Made by a program: the position numbers and the translations under genes. From contig MU058584.1 of assembly GCA_013265495.1 (NCBI GenBank), forward strand, positions 5,918,407 through 5,982,406: 64,000 nucleotides of DNA, given 5' to 3'. Under the pieces are notes generated by a model. It saw only the letters and a program-made list of their open reading frames with translations, did not search any database and was not told where the DNA came from. Numbering within the stretch: the first letter of the stretch is position 1; each line of letters begins with the position of its first letter. The DNA comes from Vicugna vicugna. Taxonomy: Eukaryota. Positions 1-13,195 of the stretch are shown here, piece after piece.

Positions 1-325
1 ACAGCTTTTCAGTCTGCCCAGGATGCTTCTCTCCTGTGCCCTGCACCTCGCTGACCCCTGCCTATCCTTCAGTTCTCAGTTTAAGTGTTCCCCCTTTCTG
101 GTAGCCTTCTGTGTATCTTCACCCTGACAAACATCTCTCTTGACTGTAGCGCTCTGGACTTTTTATTTTAGCATTTATCACAACTATAATTCATTATTCT
201 TACATTATTTAGTGTTCTCTCTTGTGCTAGACCAGAAATTCCATGCAGACAGGGCAGAGATTGTGTCTTTTCACTCACCTCTGTGTTGAGTGCCCAACAT
301 ATAATAGAGTTCAATTAATGTCTTA
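1..325 (+). mobile_element. LINE-2 3' fragment (ancient)
   Basis: Degenerate L2 3'-end pattern (ctagaccagaaattccatgcagacaggg...gttcaattaatg). Confidence 0.5.
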
Positions 326-525
326 TAAGGAGAAGTTTAAAATTAGCAATTTGTTGAAACTGGCATGACAGCTTTGGAGGTAAAGTCAACACATCTTAAT
401 TATTCTATGTCTAATGTATATGATGCATTTTGATTTCTCACATCTCTCAAGTTGTACTTTTATGGTCCTAAGTTACTTGATGTGTTACTTGTGGTGATTG
501 TATTCTTTTCTTTTTATTCATTTAG

Positions 526-664
526 GCAGAGCCTGAAGCATCAGTCGGTTATAAAGAGTCAGCTGAAACATAAAGATATAATTACTAGCTTGTGTGAAGA
601 CATTATTTTCTCCTTCCATTCTTGTTTACAGTTAGCTGAGCAGATGGTACAGCCATGTGCACAG
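526..664 (+). CDS. FIRRM: FIRRM coding exon (QSLKHQSVIKSQ...QPCAQ)
   Basis: tttag|G CAG AGC ... GCA CAG|gtgaag; 139 nt. Confidence 0.93.
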
Positions 665-2242
665 GTGAAGTATGCGCCGAAGCACTGTGAACAGTAGCTC
701 TTTTTCCTTTGGCAGTTACTAAATGTCGTTTGAATCTGTGCGTCAGTTTACCTAAGAGGGTTTTAATTTGTTTTGTTTCAATCTGTGGGATTATTTACAG
801 TCCATGATGACTTTTCACCCGGAGCATTGCAGTAGACTCCTCTCTGCTCTCATTCCCGCTATAATCTACCTGTCCCTGCCTTTTTACACACTAACTGGTT
901 GGTTAAGACATTCTCAGAATCCTTTTTTTCTTTTCTACCCTTGGACAACAATCTAATTTCCTTAATCCTTTATTTATTTAAGGTCATCTTGATAGAGCCA
1001 CAGTCAACCTTTTCTTCATCAATTCATTGCAACCTGTGGAGATGCAGTATACAGTTGTGTGTGTCTGTCATCAGTCTTCTAAACTTGGTGTACATACTTA
1101 CATTTATATTGATTTCAGAAAATTAGAGTATTAATAAATTGGCATCCCTTTTATAAAACAGATTGTATTCTAAAAATTTATAATATGCTTATTGGAAATT
1201 ATAGTTTATTTTCCTGTAACAATGTTATACACAGTGCCTTCTGTTCTCAGACTAGCTCTTTAAAGTTTATTTAGCTCATAATAGTCCTAAATTATAGGAT
1301 TAATAGTACTCTGGACCTAACAGTTATAAGTAAAATTCTCAATGGGAAGAAATGAGTTAAGTATTTCTTCAAAGGATAACAGTTAACATCCCTTCTTGTT
1401 GTAGACCTGCAGACTGATACAGGGAATTCCTTTGTACCCGTGCTCTTCCTTGCCCAGCAGCTGTGGGGGTGGACTTGTAAGGACTCATCTAATTCCTAAA
1501 TGCTGATCACAACTCATGGGGCAGGGATGATCTGGAAAGATAGACCCTAAGGGAGGGTGGAAGTTTGAAAAGGAGTTCTGAAGTTGGTAAGCGGGAAGTC
1601 AGGAGTAGCTTTAGGAAGAGGCTAGCCTTATCTTTCTTGCTTCTTTTTCTCTTTGCCTATCTTCTTTACATCCTTTCTTTCTTCCATTTCTTTTCTTTCC
1701 CCACTTGCTTCCTGTATCCTTTCCAGTTCCTCTCACCTTGCTGAAAAGAGAAGGCATTTGGTTGGGTATCCTCTGTCAGTGGCAGGAAGGTTGTTCCCTT
1801 CTCCGCCTTTATCCTATACATCTTTATCCTCAACCCCAACCTCCTCTTTTCCCAGTTTCCATCTTACTTATCTTGACACCATAGACCCCCACCCCCTAGT
1901 TAGTACTTGGAAAGTGAGACAGATGGACGTTCCTGGAAAGGAGTGCGTGGGGGAAGCCCAGGCAGCAGGGCCGTCTGCAGTGGAAGAGAAAAGAGAAGTC
2001 CTGGTGGTGCCTGACCAGGGCAGCTGTTTGTGCTTGAAGTATAGGGATTCAGCGTCTATAAATTGCTTGTGTATGAAAATCAGAGAATTTAAGTTCTAAA
2101 CTTTCCTAACTGTCCAAGCAAATTTTCATGTTTTTCTGTACTTGAGGAAATTTGTGACTGGCACTACTTAGTGTCCATTGCCTGAAATGGAGCTTTGAGG
2201 TGGTCTGGGTTGTGTCTCCATTTAACTGTAAATTTTGATCAG

Positions 2243-2260
2243 CAGCGCCCTCTGCTGTTC
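2243..2260 (-). promoter_or_regulatory. CTCF-like motif
   Basis: The - strand reads GAACAGCAGAGGGCGCTG, close to the CTCF core consensus. Confidence 0.55.
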
Positions 2261-2380
2261 ACTACTGGTATTTTTTGAGGAATCAAACTGTTAAAGTCTT
2301 GAAGCAATTTTTTCACCTTGCTTTCAAAAACATCAAAATAAAAACACCAGATTCCATAGGTAATATGATGTATCAGTCCC

Positions 2381-2850
2381 TGTGTTGGTTTCCTGAGGTT
2401 GCTGTAACAAATTACCTCAAATCGGGTGGCTTAAAACAACAGAAATTTATTCTCTTACAGTTCTAGAGGATAGAAGTCTGAAATATATCAGCAGGAACAT
2501 GTTCTCTTGAAGGCTCTAGAAGAGAGTCTGCTGCATGCTTCCTCTTAGCTTCTGACATCCCTGGCGTCCCTTGGCTGGCAGGTGTATAACTTCAGTCTCT
2601 GCCTCCATCATCACATGGTATTTCCTCCCTGTCTCTTCACATCGTCTTCATTGTAAGGACACCAGTCAGGTTAAGGGGACATCCTGCCCCAGTATAGACA
2701 CATCTTAATTATTCCATGTCTAATGTATATGATGCATTTTGATTACATCTTAGCTGATTACATCTATAATGACTACGCACAGTCACATTTGGGGCATTGG
2801 GGGTTAGGGCTTCAGCATGTCTTTTAGGGGACGTGATTTAACCCATAACA
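2381..2850 (-). mobile_element. MaLR solo LTR (MLT1-type)
   Basis: tg...ca ends; diagnostic gctgtaacaaattacc..aaa..gggtggcttaaaacaacagaaatttattctc; ends ttaacccataaca. Confidence 0.8.
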
Positions 2851-4169
2851 GTCTGTAAAGTTGATATTTATTCTCTCTAAAGTCTTCAACATGATTTCAA
2901 AAAGAGACTATTAGACTTTTTGACAAGTTTTTTAGCCACCAATAATTTAGTTTTTCTATAAAGATAGGGAGGTTTATTTGTAAGGCTCCTAGATACAAAT
3001 TTCATTTGCACTGTAATTCCTACTTTTGTTCATATAATGCTTACAGAAGGTTATATTCAGAAAATAAACTCGTATTATTGTCTCTGTTGCCTGCACTTAC
3101 GTTTATTCCCCGTTTATTTAGATTTTATCACTATTTTGCTTGTTTTATTTAAAGGAAGGAAGAGTGGATACTCAATATTTTGACACATTAAAGGTGGTCA
3201 TCCTTGCTTGTATCCCTACCCCTTTTTGCTGGCATCGAGATGCAGACTTTCTGGTCTAAACAGTTGAATTAAGATGTGACAGTATTGGTGCTGTACACTT
3301 GCTTTTTGAAAATGTGAAAGTCAGAGCTCTAGATTTAATTTGTATGCTATTTAGTAGTGAATTCTTGTATAATTCCTCTTGATTGGGAAAGGAAAATTTA
3401 AGGTATGCAAACATAAGTTGTATATTACCATTTATTCATTTAACAAGTATTTCCAGAGTACTTACTCTGGGCCAGAAAATGTACTGGGTGCTAAGTTACT
3501 CACATTTTCCTACCATCAACAATGTATAGTTTAGGGCAGGAGACAAATAAGCAAGTAACAGAATGGTGTGATCTTTAGAGAATTGTGGGTTGGCTCATGG
3601 GAGTAAAGTTGGAACTCAGTCATGAAGTCAGGAAAGATTTCTTCCGATATGACAGCTAAGCTGAATGAAATTTAGGATTGAGTATATTATAAAGTCAGTG
3701 TAGATTCACTTTTAATCTTTGTACTTTGAAACTTCCATAGTACTCATAAAAGAGTTCATATTTATAGTTATCAAAGAGGTGAATTTTCATTTAACCTATT
3801 TCTGCTGAGGAAAATTGACTATTTCTAAATATTTTTATTAAAGATCAAAATGAAGGGTTATATTCAATTAGTTCCATCATTCAGTTCCATTTTGATTGGT
3901 TTAGTTAAGGTTTTGCTATACTGTTGAAAAGAAATTAAACATAGACAATTAACAAAGTTAAGATATGTTATTTCATATGAAATTATCCTATAAATTAAAG
4001 ATGATAATGTATCTGTTAGACTTAACTTTAGGGTACTGATTTAAAGCTCTTTGGATTGTAAGTGTGTACTACACATTTGGGTGACATATAACAACTATAT
4101 TTATTAAGGTAAGTTGCTTAAGTGTCAGATACTGTTTAAACTTTACAGTAACCTTAATATAAGCTACAT

Positions 4170-4270
4170 TGCCACCTCATAGAGAGGTTTAGTAACCTCC
4201 CCAAGATCATGCAGAGGTTGTGATAAGGCCAGGATTTCAGTCCAGGCAGGATGACTCCACAGTCCTCGAT
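4170..4270 (-). mobile_element. MIR SINE fragment
   Basis: agagaggtttagtaacctccccaagatcatgcag...ggatttcagtccagg core. Confidence 0.55.
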
Positions 4271-4489
4271 AGTCCCCCTACATACACATAGATATCTTGG
4301 CATTGCCCACTGTTTGATCAGTTTGCAAATGTAGCCCATACTCAGAAAACTCTCACACATTACACAAATGTCTAACATGAACAGTGAAATTCTATTTTCA
4401 TCTGCCAGAGAGAACCACAGGTGAAGTTTTGATTTATTTTTGTGGGATTAGGGAGGAAATACTAACACATAACACAGTTAAAAATAATA

Positions 4490-5090
4490 ATAGAAGTATA
4501 CATATTGTTTTGCAGCTTGATTTTTTTTTAAATTAATAATCTATTTCAGGGCTTTCTGTACCCCTGAAGGTATACTTACCTCATTCTTTGTAATTCTCTG
4601 TGCTATTGTAATTTATGAATATACCTTGAACTTATGTAACCATCTCCAGATGATGGATACTGGGTTCATTTCGATTTTTATTATAGGAAAAAGGTTGCAT
4701 TGAATACCTATGCTGGTATTTCTGTACGATGTATTTCCAGAAGTGGGATTGCTGCTGGGTCAGGGAGTTTTTTAACACATTAGTTTTTAATAATAATGCA
4801 AAGAGTGTATTAGTTTATTCTTCTACAAATGGTAAAATAAAGTGCTTATTACTCCACTTCCTCAACTCTGGGATATTATCCGTCTTCTAAATCTTTGCTA
4901 ATCAAATAGTCCTCTCCCTTCCCCCTTTAAAAGATATATAATTAGATTGTAATTTGGATTTTTCCAGTATTAGTTTATTGGCAATTTGCATTTTCTCTTT
5001 TGTGAACTGTCTTATGTATTTCACCTGTTTTCTTTCATATCTTATTCTTTTATTGGCTTGTAAGACCTTTTCCTTTTGATCATCTATTGA
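4490..5090 (-). mobile_element. Old L1 (L1M-type) fragment
   Basis: Antisense L1 3'-region motifs (gatggatactgggtt, ccagaagtgggattgctg, tttgcattttctc). Confidence 0.55.
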
Positions 5091-5391
5091 TCCCCATATA
5101 GCAAAGAACAATAAGGTATTTAAATTTCTTTCACTTTCAGATCAATCAAGAATGATCACTTCTTTTGTTATAGATTAAGATTTCAGTAACATAGAGTTTA
5201 ATTTTTTGGAATATCTGTCATTTGGTGTGTGTGTCTGTTGCTTCTAACAATTCAAAGAATTACATTTTCTTGGAAAATGTTTGCACTGTTTATTGCGAGA
5301 ACTTTTTAGAAAATATTGTCTCATAAGTTTAGCTAATTTCATATTCTTTTCCTATTTATTATGCATTTTTATTTCCTTGTTTTTGGAGCAG

Positions 5392-5472
5392 GATAATGCT
5401 GACTACAGATTATTTCAGAAAACACTCAAATTGTGTCGTTTCTTTGCCAACTCCCTTTTGCACTATACTAAG
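5392..5472 (+). CDS. FIRRM: FIRRM coding exon (DNADYRLFQK...LLHYTK)
   Basis: gagcag|GAT ... AAG|gtaaag; 81 nt. Confidence 0.93.
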
Positions 5473-6469
5473 GTAAAGCTAATATTTTATAATGCATGAA
5501 TGTGATATCTACAATACATTATAAATTAGCTTGTTTTTATGACTTCTGCCAAACAATCTTTTGAAGTTATTTTGTCAAGACTTTATTTTGTAGAGTTTTT
5601 AGCTTAATATTGTTAATTGTTAAATATTGAGCATCTGTTTTGTCATCCAAGTTGCTGCTATCATTGTCATTAGTTTTATTCAATTCCCTGAAAAAATTAT
5701 TTCTTCAAGTATAAATAAAATTATTTCTATAAGCACAAATCAATTTTCAGAAGATAATTCAGTTTGACTTTAGATACTGTTTATAGATTATTTCTACCAT
5801 ATTTCTAAATTAGGTTAAGTTTAAATGTTCAAACTGTATAATAATTTTAAGACTTGCATATTTGGGAGTCATCAGGGTGGCAAAGTGGTATTTGAAGATA
5901 TACGAATAGAATAGATAATTTGTCAGGGTAGACTATTTAGATACAAGAGCAGAGAGTACTCAGCAGCCAGTGAAAGACATATTGTTAGTAGTAAATATTA
6001 GTAATTGAAAACACTATCATCCATGTTGGATTTGTTTTTGACCTTGTCTTCCTCCTTTTTGAGGAAAAGGTAAGGACCTCTGATGACTGTCAGTCAGAAT
6101 TCCATGGCAGGCACACTGACTACTGGCGCACTGCCATCCTGGTTGGTGTGCTGCTTGAGCTGGTGCTTCTGGGCTGCTTAACCGTGGGTGGGCTGCTCTG
6201 ACACTGGGTTCCCTGCTCACAGGGTGTGTATTTCAGTGGCAGAGGTACATGGTGGGAGGGTCCTGGCACCAGTGGCCCTCAGATGGGTAGTTACCCATCT
6301 GATATTTGCTTGGTGTGTAGGGGTCAAAATTGTGCCTAATTATATCATTTTTAAATAAATTCTTTTCTCTCAGGGGAACTTAAATTTTAAAAAATTAATC
6401 ATAAGCTTTTTCTCTATATCTTGTAGTACAATTAAAACTATTTCTTTTATATTCTAAGAGATAGTCTAA

Positions 6470-6700
6470 CCATAGTGGGTAGAGCAGTCATGACTGTCCT
6501 TGGATCCCAGCCCTGCTGGTCTTAGCGATGTGACTCAGTCAAGTTACTTGATACTTTAGCTTCAGCTTTCTAGTCTAAGAATTGGGGACAGTAACATGTC
6601 GTAAGATCTTTGAGAGAACTAAAATTACATAAAGTAATATGTGTAAAGTCACTTGCTACATGTCTGCTGAGCACCTAGTAGGTACTCAGTAAATGATAAC
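6470..6700 (+). mobile_element. MIR SINE
   Basis: gatgtgactcagtcaagttacttg...cacctagtaggtactcagtaaatg. Confidence 0.6.
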
Positions 6701-6908
6701 TTCTCATTGTGTTTGTGTTGATAGTTTTAATAGTAAAGAATTTTAGGTGCTTAGCCTCATCCTCCTTTTTATTCTCATGCAAGAAACTTTTTTTTTCCCC
6801 TATGTGGCACATTTAGGATTTAATTTTATTTTGCTTGTTTCTGGTGAGAGAATATGTATTAGAAAAGCATGTTGTGTACAAAGAATGAATAGGGTTGCTT
6901 TATTTTAG

Positions 6909-6973
6909 GAATTTCTTCCTTTCCTCTCTGATTCTTGCTGTACGTTACACCAGCTTTATCTTCAGATACACAG
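6909..6973 (+). CDS. FIRRM: FIRRM coding exon (EFLPFLSDSCCTLHQLYLQIH)
   Basis: ttttag|GAA ... CAC AG|gtaaga; 65 nt. Confidence 0.93.
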
Positions 6974-7499
6974 GTAAGAAGAATGCTGCATGACCATTAA
7001 AATGTAATAGTGCCATCTGAACCATGCAAATGTTAAGTGGGTATAATTTTAAAGTAAAATAAATAATTTCTGTTAATATTTCAGTAAATTTTTATCTGCT
7101 TAAAATTAGTGGGGATGGAGGCTTTAAATAATAGATTCCATGTGAGTTTTACTTATCTTTATATTCTTAACTAGTACCTTATAAACCAAGTGATGAATGA
7201 TTGGAAGGATGATAAATACTGAAGGTGAAAAAAAAGAGGTTGTATTCTGTATTGGCATACTGTTTTTTTTTTTAATCTTTCTTAATTTTAATTTTACTTC
7301 TATGAGATTTAAGTCAAGTAGCAGTGAACTCCATCTCAGAAAAAAAGTGAAATTACAGAAAGGGTATCATAATTTAGATAGGGGCTAAATGATATCTAAC
7401 ATTGACAGTTATCACAGAAGAGCCCTCAGTTTGACACTAAAGGAATTTGTCAGTTCATTCATCCAGCAGCTCTCTTACATTTCCTTAATCCATTTAGTC

Positions 7500-9140
7500 T
7501 CCTACACAATTTTCAGACCTCCCCTTCTTCAACATCCTATGTCTCCAACACCACTTCCTCATTTCTCATTGTCAGTTAATGTCCTCACTTTGTATGTCAC
7601 TGAGGAAAATGGAAGCAATCGAAAGGGAGCGTCCACACTCTCCTGACACAGCAGCTATTCCCCTGTGTCTAGGCCCTGTCACTTTCTTATTCCTGCAAGT
7701 GAACTGTCTGTGTGCCTGTCCGAGGCCAGCCTCTGTTTCTGCATTGGATCTCATCCTCTCTCTCATGCTCAGGGAAGTCACTCGAGCAATTGTTCCTTTT
7801 CCCTCTTTTATCATCAATCGTCCCTCCCTTCTGCGCCTTTCTCATGAGTCTATCAACATGCTGTTACTTTTCTCACCTTAAGAACAATGTAAAACAAAAT
7901 CTCTGGACCTTAATTCTTCTCCAATGCCTTCCCATTTCTCTGCACCTGTTTGCAACAAGACGAGACTCCTAGAAAGAGTTGTCTCTACTTTCTTTTTCGA
8001 AGCTCCTCCAGTCAGGATTTCCATTTCAGCACTTCACCAAAACAGCTGTTGTCAAGGTCATCAGTGACCTCCCTGTCACTACATCTGATGGGCCAGCTTT
8101 AGGCTTCATCTATGTAGCCTGTCAGCAGCGCTTAATCTTTTCGTTTGGACTCTTCTGTTGGTTTCCTGGACACCTCTCCCTCTTGGTTCTTTTTGAATCT
8201 CTGGGCTGCTCCTTCTTAGCCTCCTCGCAGGTTCCTCCTCTTCTCTCCAGCTACTTTAAGCTGGGTGTGCTGCAGTGCTCAGTCCTACGGCCTCTCTTCC
8301 CAGTGGTCATTTAGTCTCAAGACTTTAAATTTATGTCTCTCCTGTTTAATGTCTAACTGTCAGACAGGACATCTGCACTTAAATTGACCCAGCCAAACTG
8401 TTCATTCACAATCATTTCATTCCTGCCCCCCCGACACCCCCACACACACACACCCCCCATCCTCCTCTTGTAGCTTCCTTATTTCAGTTTAAGTGGCATC
8501 TTGATTATTCAGATTGATTCGGCCAAAAAACCTTGCTGTCAACTTTGACGTGTCAACTTTGATGTTTCTCTTGCTCTCATACCCCTCATCTAGTTCATCA
8601 GCAAATTCCGTCAGTCTGTCAGTATTGCCTTCAGTATAAATACGTATATGCAGTAAATATGTGCAGACCCCAACCACTTCTCACCCCCTGAATGGCTGTC
8701 ATTCAGTCCCATCCACTATTTGCTTGCCTGCATTTTTGCAAAAGAACATCTTACCTGCTGTCTCTGCTTCCACCCTTGCCTTGCTCTGATCTGTTCTCTG
8801 TGCAGTAGCCAGAGTGAGTGATAAAACATAAAATAGATCATGTGACTTCTCTGCACAAACTCTCAAATACCTCACATTCAGAGTTCCATAGAATTTCAAA
8901 TAGAAAGTCAGTAGTTTCCTGTCCACCTTGGCTTGTTTTATTTTTCCTCCGTAGTACTTACTAACATCTGCTGTATTGTTGATTTACTCACTCACTCACA
9001 CACTCACTTGTTAACTCCCCCCTGCATTAGAATGTGTGCCTTTAAAGGCAGTGATTGTATATATTCCGTTTACTGCTATGTCACATACTCCTGGAAAGGT
9101 ACATGGCGTACATAGGCACTTAATAAACATTTGTCAAGTA
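7500..9140 (+). mobile_element. LINE-2 fragment (~1.6 kb)
   Basis: ttcaccaaaacagctgttgtcaaggtcatcagtgacctcc and 3' end acataggcacttaataaacatttg. Confidence 0.7.
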
Positions 9141-10072
9141 AATTAACTTTAAAGTGTGTCATTTGTGTGAAAGACACATACTTGCTTTGATGCTCAGTAG
9201 CTGTACTTCAAAATCAGTGGGGTTTCATTACCTGCATTGTATTTATATGCATCTTTCACTTTATAATCTCACTTACAATTTAATCCTCACAACTCTGATT
9301 CAGTGTTGCAGGTGAAGAAAGTGAGACTTAGGGAGGTCAAATGAATGAACCAAAGTCACATGGCTAATAATTGACAGACTAGTGCTTTTTCCATCACACT
9401 GCAGAGGCCTCAACTGTTTATCTTAAGTGCATCCTTTTAAATGCTGTCATTCCCCGCTAGACAGGTTTTCTCATGTACTGTCAAATTTGCCACAATTAAA
9501 AATAACATGGCAAAAAATATTGAATACATATCCTATTTTACAGGGGTTTTGATTGAAGTTGAGTTTAAACCCCAGTTACTGAAACATTTTCCATTAAGAT
9601 CTTTGCATCTTCCTTCAGTGTTAATATACAGTTTGTTCTTACAAAGCTCTTCTGAGAAACTGAGTATTAATTCATAGTAAATTCAGCATTCTTATTTTAC
9701 AACAACTTTCAAAAGAAGTAATTACCCCAGAATTTATCAGAAATATCTTTTTACATATGTTTTTACTAGTTTAATATTCATCTTTACCGTATTTTTTAAG
9801 AATCTCATCAAAAACATTAAAATGCATCAAAATAATACTAACATTGTCTTCTAAGATTATAAACTTTTAATTTTGTAAATTATAGCCATGGAGTTCAGAG
9901 ATTCTTCAATTATGGTATCAATTCAGTACTTTGAATTTTGTTTTATTAAAATGTATGCTACTTATTGTTTTATGTTTTCACTGCTGGAAGAACATCAGTT
10001 TGCAGTACTTAACCTCTGTCTGAAATTAGAAAATAGCTATTAATGAATGAATTTTTTTCCCTTCCTTTCTAG

Positions 10073-10221
10073 TAAGTTTCCACCAAGCCTCTATGCTGCC
10101 AGGATTTCAAAAGCACAACAGGAGGAAATAGCAGGTGCTTTCCTGGTTACACTGGATCCACTCATCAGTCAGCTTCTCATATTCCAACCTTTTGTGCAAG
10201 TGGTTTTGGACAGTAAATTAG
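10073..10221 (+). CDS. FIRRM: FIRRM coding exon (KFPPSLYAAR...VLDSKL)
   Basis: ttctag|T AAG ... TTA G|gtaggc; 149 nt. Confidence 0.93.
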
Positions 10222-10493
10222 GTAGGCTTCAAAACAGTCTTAATGTTAAATCATTTCTTACTAATCATGACGTGTTAGAGATGGGGTTGCTTTCCCTTAT
10301 ATAGTCCTCCTTTTTTAAGTTCCAAAAATTTTACTTAAAGTTTCTCTTACTTTTTTTTCTCAGAACATATTTCTGATTTAAAACAAATTATGCCTCTAAT
10401 TTTTCTACATATCACGATCAGATTTCTGCTGAAAAAGTGTAGCGTGTGTTTTTACCAATTTGTTGTAACATAATGTGTTTTTACCACCTTAAG

Positions 10494-10623
10494 AGCTGCC
10501 GTGTGAACTGCAGTTTCCACAGTGTCTACTGCTGGTTGTCATCATGGACAAGCTGCCCTCGCAGCCCGAGGCTGTGCAGGCCCTGTGGTGCGCAGACAGC
10601 CAGGTCTCAGGAGCTACAACCAG
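10494..10623 (+). CDS. FIRRM: FIRRM coding exon (ELPCELQFPQC...SGATT)
   Basis: cttaag|AG CTG ... ACC AG|gtagca; 130 nt. Confidence 0.9.
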
Positions 10624-11719
10624 GTAGCAAATGTGGTGGTGTTTATATCCAATTATATTATGATGGTTTAGAATGTCCTGTTGTTTACAGTGACCTTGAA
10701 ATTAAGTTTTTTGTTATGTCACATATTCTAATTTAGTGACTGTGTAGACCTCATATACATTGCTACTTAATAAAAATATACATACATCTATATAACAGGT
10801 GCTAAAACCATTTTAATTTTGTTCACTTTTGTAGAAGGTATTGCCTAATAGTCTGTTATGAACGTTGATTGTAGTAGAGTACATGTAGTTAGTAACATTT
10901 AAAGAGGAGCTCTGATAAGTAGAGTGCTTAGCTACTACAAGGTACCTCCTGGGAAATTGAACTTGTGTTCGTCCTCCTTGCCAACACCAGGCTCTGGTTT
11001 CTTACTCCCTGGATTATTGCTGTGCTCTAGCATTTTATCTTTTCTTTAGTGGCATTCTGTGTACCAGTACCAGGCTGCTCACCCTAAACCCCAGCCCTCC
11101 TACTCAATAAGTTCTATGCAATAAGTAAAGCATAACGTCCCAACTCCTCAGCTTTCCATTTAAAACCCACCCCACTCTGCTGTCATCATCTACTTCTGCT
11201 CCTTATCCTTTCACTCATTTTCTACACGTGCACCTTGCTGCTGTCAGACTGGTGATTCACATCTACCTTTTACTCAGGCTTTGTCTTTTTTACCTATTCA
11301 TATTTTGCCCATTTTTAATTTGTTATTTAAATCTTCTGTGAAGAATTCTTAAACCATTTTCTTCTTAAAATGACCCTTCCCTGTCTGAATGATACTTATT
11401 TTTTATATATGATACCTAGTTTAGCTACTTAAATTTTAAGTTCCTTGATGCATTTGACTGTGTATTGGTCTGTACTATGATAAACACTTGCTAAATGATT
11501 TTTTAAATGTATAGGAAAATCTTCCTTTAAGGTATTTCTCTAACAGTGCCTATATTTTATTTTTACAGATACGTATTCACACATACTGGAAACTGTTGTT
11601 GATACATACCTCTTGAGACATTTGCTTTGCCAAAACATCCCTCCATATGTCATATTATTACACCTGCTAATAGTAGAGTGTTAATGATGTTGAGTTCAGC
11701 GTTCTCAATTTCCCCGCAG

Positions 11720-11906
11720 GGTGTCTCTACTCAAAGGCATTTTCTCCAGTTTTGAGCAGTGTTCTGGTGAACTCTCTCTACCTGTCTGTTTACAAGGAGT
11801 AAGGAGTAAAGGGCAAGCTGAAGCTGCTGTCACCTTGTATCAGCACGTTTGTGTTCATCTGTGTGCATTTATCACTTCCTTTCATCCCTCACTGTTTCCT
11901 GAACTG
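11720..11906 (+). CDS. FIRRM: FIRRM coding exon (VSLLKGIFSSFEQC...LFPEL)
   Basis: ccgcag|G GTG ... CTG|gtacgt; 187 nt. Confidence 0.93.
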
Positions 11907-12719
11907 GTACGTTTGTTACTTGCTGGGCTAAACTGAGGTTACACTTTGCCTTCTTTTCATTGCAACTGTGATTCATACATAGAAGAAAGTGAGAGAGTAG
12001 TAAATGTGTATTTATTTTGAACGTCATTCTCTCAGCTTGCACATTTTACTCTTTAATTCAGTTGGATCCTAGGACATGGTGGTCCTAGAGTCCTATAGTT
12101 TTTCAGATGTCATATTTAGCTAAAATATTTGAGAAAACATTTTGGGTGGGAAGGTATGGAAAGACTTTGTGAGAAAAGGGAAAATAGGATTTTACTGAAT
12201 TCAGTTTCATAAAGAAAAAGAGAAGTGGACAGGAGTATGTAGTACTAATTCTCTGGAGTCTAGGCTTAACATTTTTTTTTTTTAAGTGGAATTGGATTAG
12301 AAAAGATGTTGAGAAAATTCTAGAGAAAGAATTCTTAGAATTTATGTAAGAATCAGTGTCATTTAAGATAATACTGTGGTAATATTCAGCACATATTAAA
12401 TATTGTATTTGGTTTAAAGTGAAACTGAAGTATAGGCATATACGTCATACATGTTGTATTAATGATTTCTTCCTACTTAGAGAATCTCGGGGAACCTAGT
12501 GTTTGAGGTACCACATAGAATCTCCATAGCCCAGCGTAATGCTTAACGTGTAGTAGGTGCTCAATAAATGTCAAGGGCGTGGCAACATGGGTTCTTTCAG
12601 ATACCAGAACGTAGAGCTTTCCCACTGAGGATCTGTTGTTGTTTGGACTGTGATGGTGTTTTGTTTTATTTTGAGAAATGTAATATTGATAATGTCTCAT
12701 GAACTTTCTGTTTTTCTAG

Positions 12720-12802
12720 GATACTGCTCTGTTGGATGCTGTGCTTAGTGCTAATATGATCACCTCTCTGTTAGCTATGGATGCATGGTGCTTCCTTGCT
12801 CG
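12720..12802 (+). CDS. FIRRM: FIRRM coding exon (DTALLDAVLS...DAWCFLA), contains the WCF motif
   Basis: ttctag|GAT ... GCT CG|gtacat; 83 nt. Confidence 0.93.
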
Positions 12803-13143
12803 GTACATCATCCTTACTTTTTTTGGGTTTTGGGTTGATTTATAGTAGTGATTGGCAGTAAGTGACTTTATACTTATAAGTTTATAGAAAAATTCTGTCT
12901 TGAAAATTCTTTAAGAGCCCCTGAAAATGGTTTGATTTCATATCACAGCACTACATTAGAAACCAGCTTCCCCCTTTCTTTTCTTTGGTTTGAGTCAGTG
13001 GAACCTATTGCTAAGGTAGTTTTGTATATTGTGATATTCTTTAGCCATGGAAATAACTGTAATTTAGAATATTTAGTGCTTTATAGAAGTTCATCTCCTT
13101 TTCTGAATAATTGTCTGAAGATTGCCTTCTGTTTATGTTACAG

Positions 13144-13195
13144 GTATGGGACTGCTGAACTCTGTGCCCACCATGTCACCATAGTGGCTCATCTG
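13144..13195 (+). CDS. FIRRM: FIRRM coding exon (YGTAELCAHHVTIVAHL)
   Basis: ttacag|G TAT ... CTG|gtgagt; 52 nt. Confidence 0.93.

Noticed and set aside
1897..1920. tagttagtacttggaaagtgagac resembles the 5S rRNA internal control region
   Set aside because: Only a 13-nt exact match with no flanking similarity; chance cannot be excluded.
5386..5391. GAGCAG tandem (NAGNAG) acceptor in FIRRM
   Set aside because: GAG acceptors are rarely used, and the effect would be a single extra Gln.
10445..10486. Repeated 13-mer tgtgtttttacca before a FIRRM acceptor
   Set aside because: Short low-complexity duplication; the upstream copy has no AG, so it makes no alternative acceptor.
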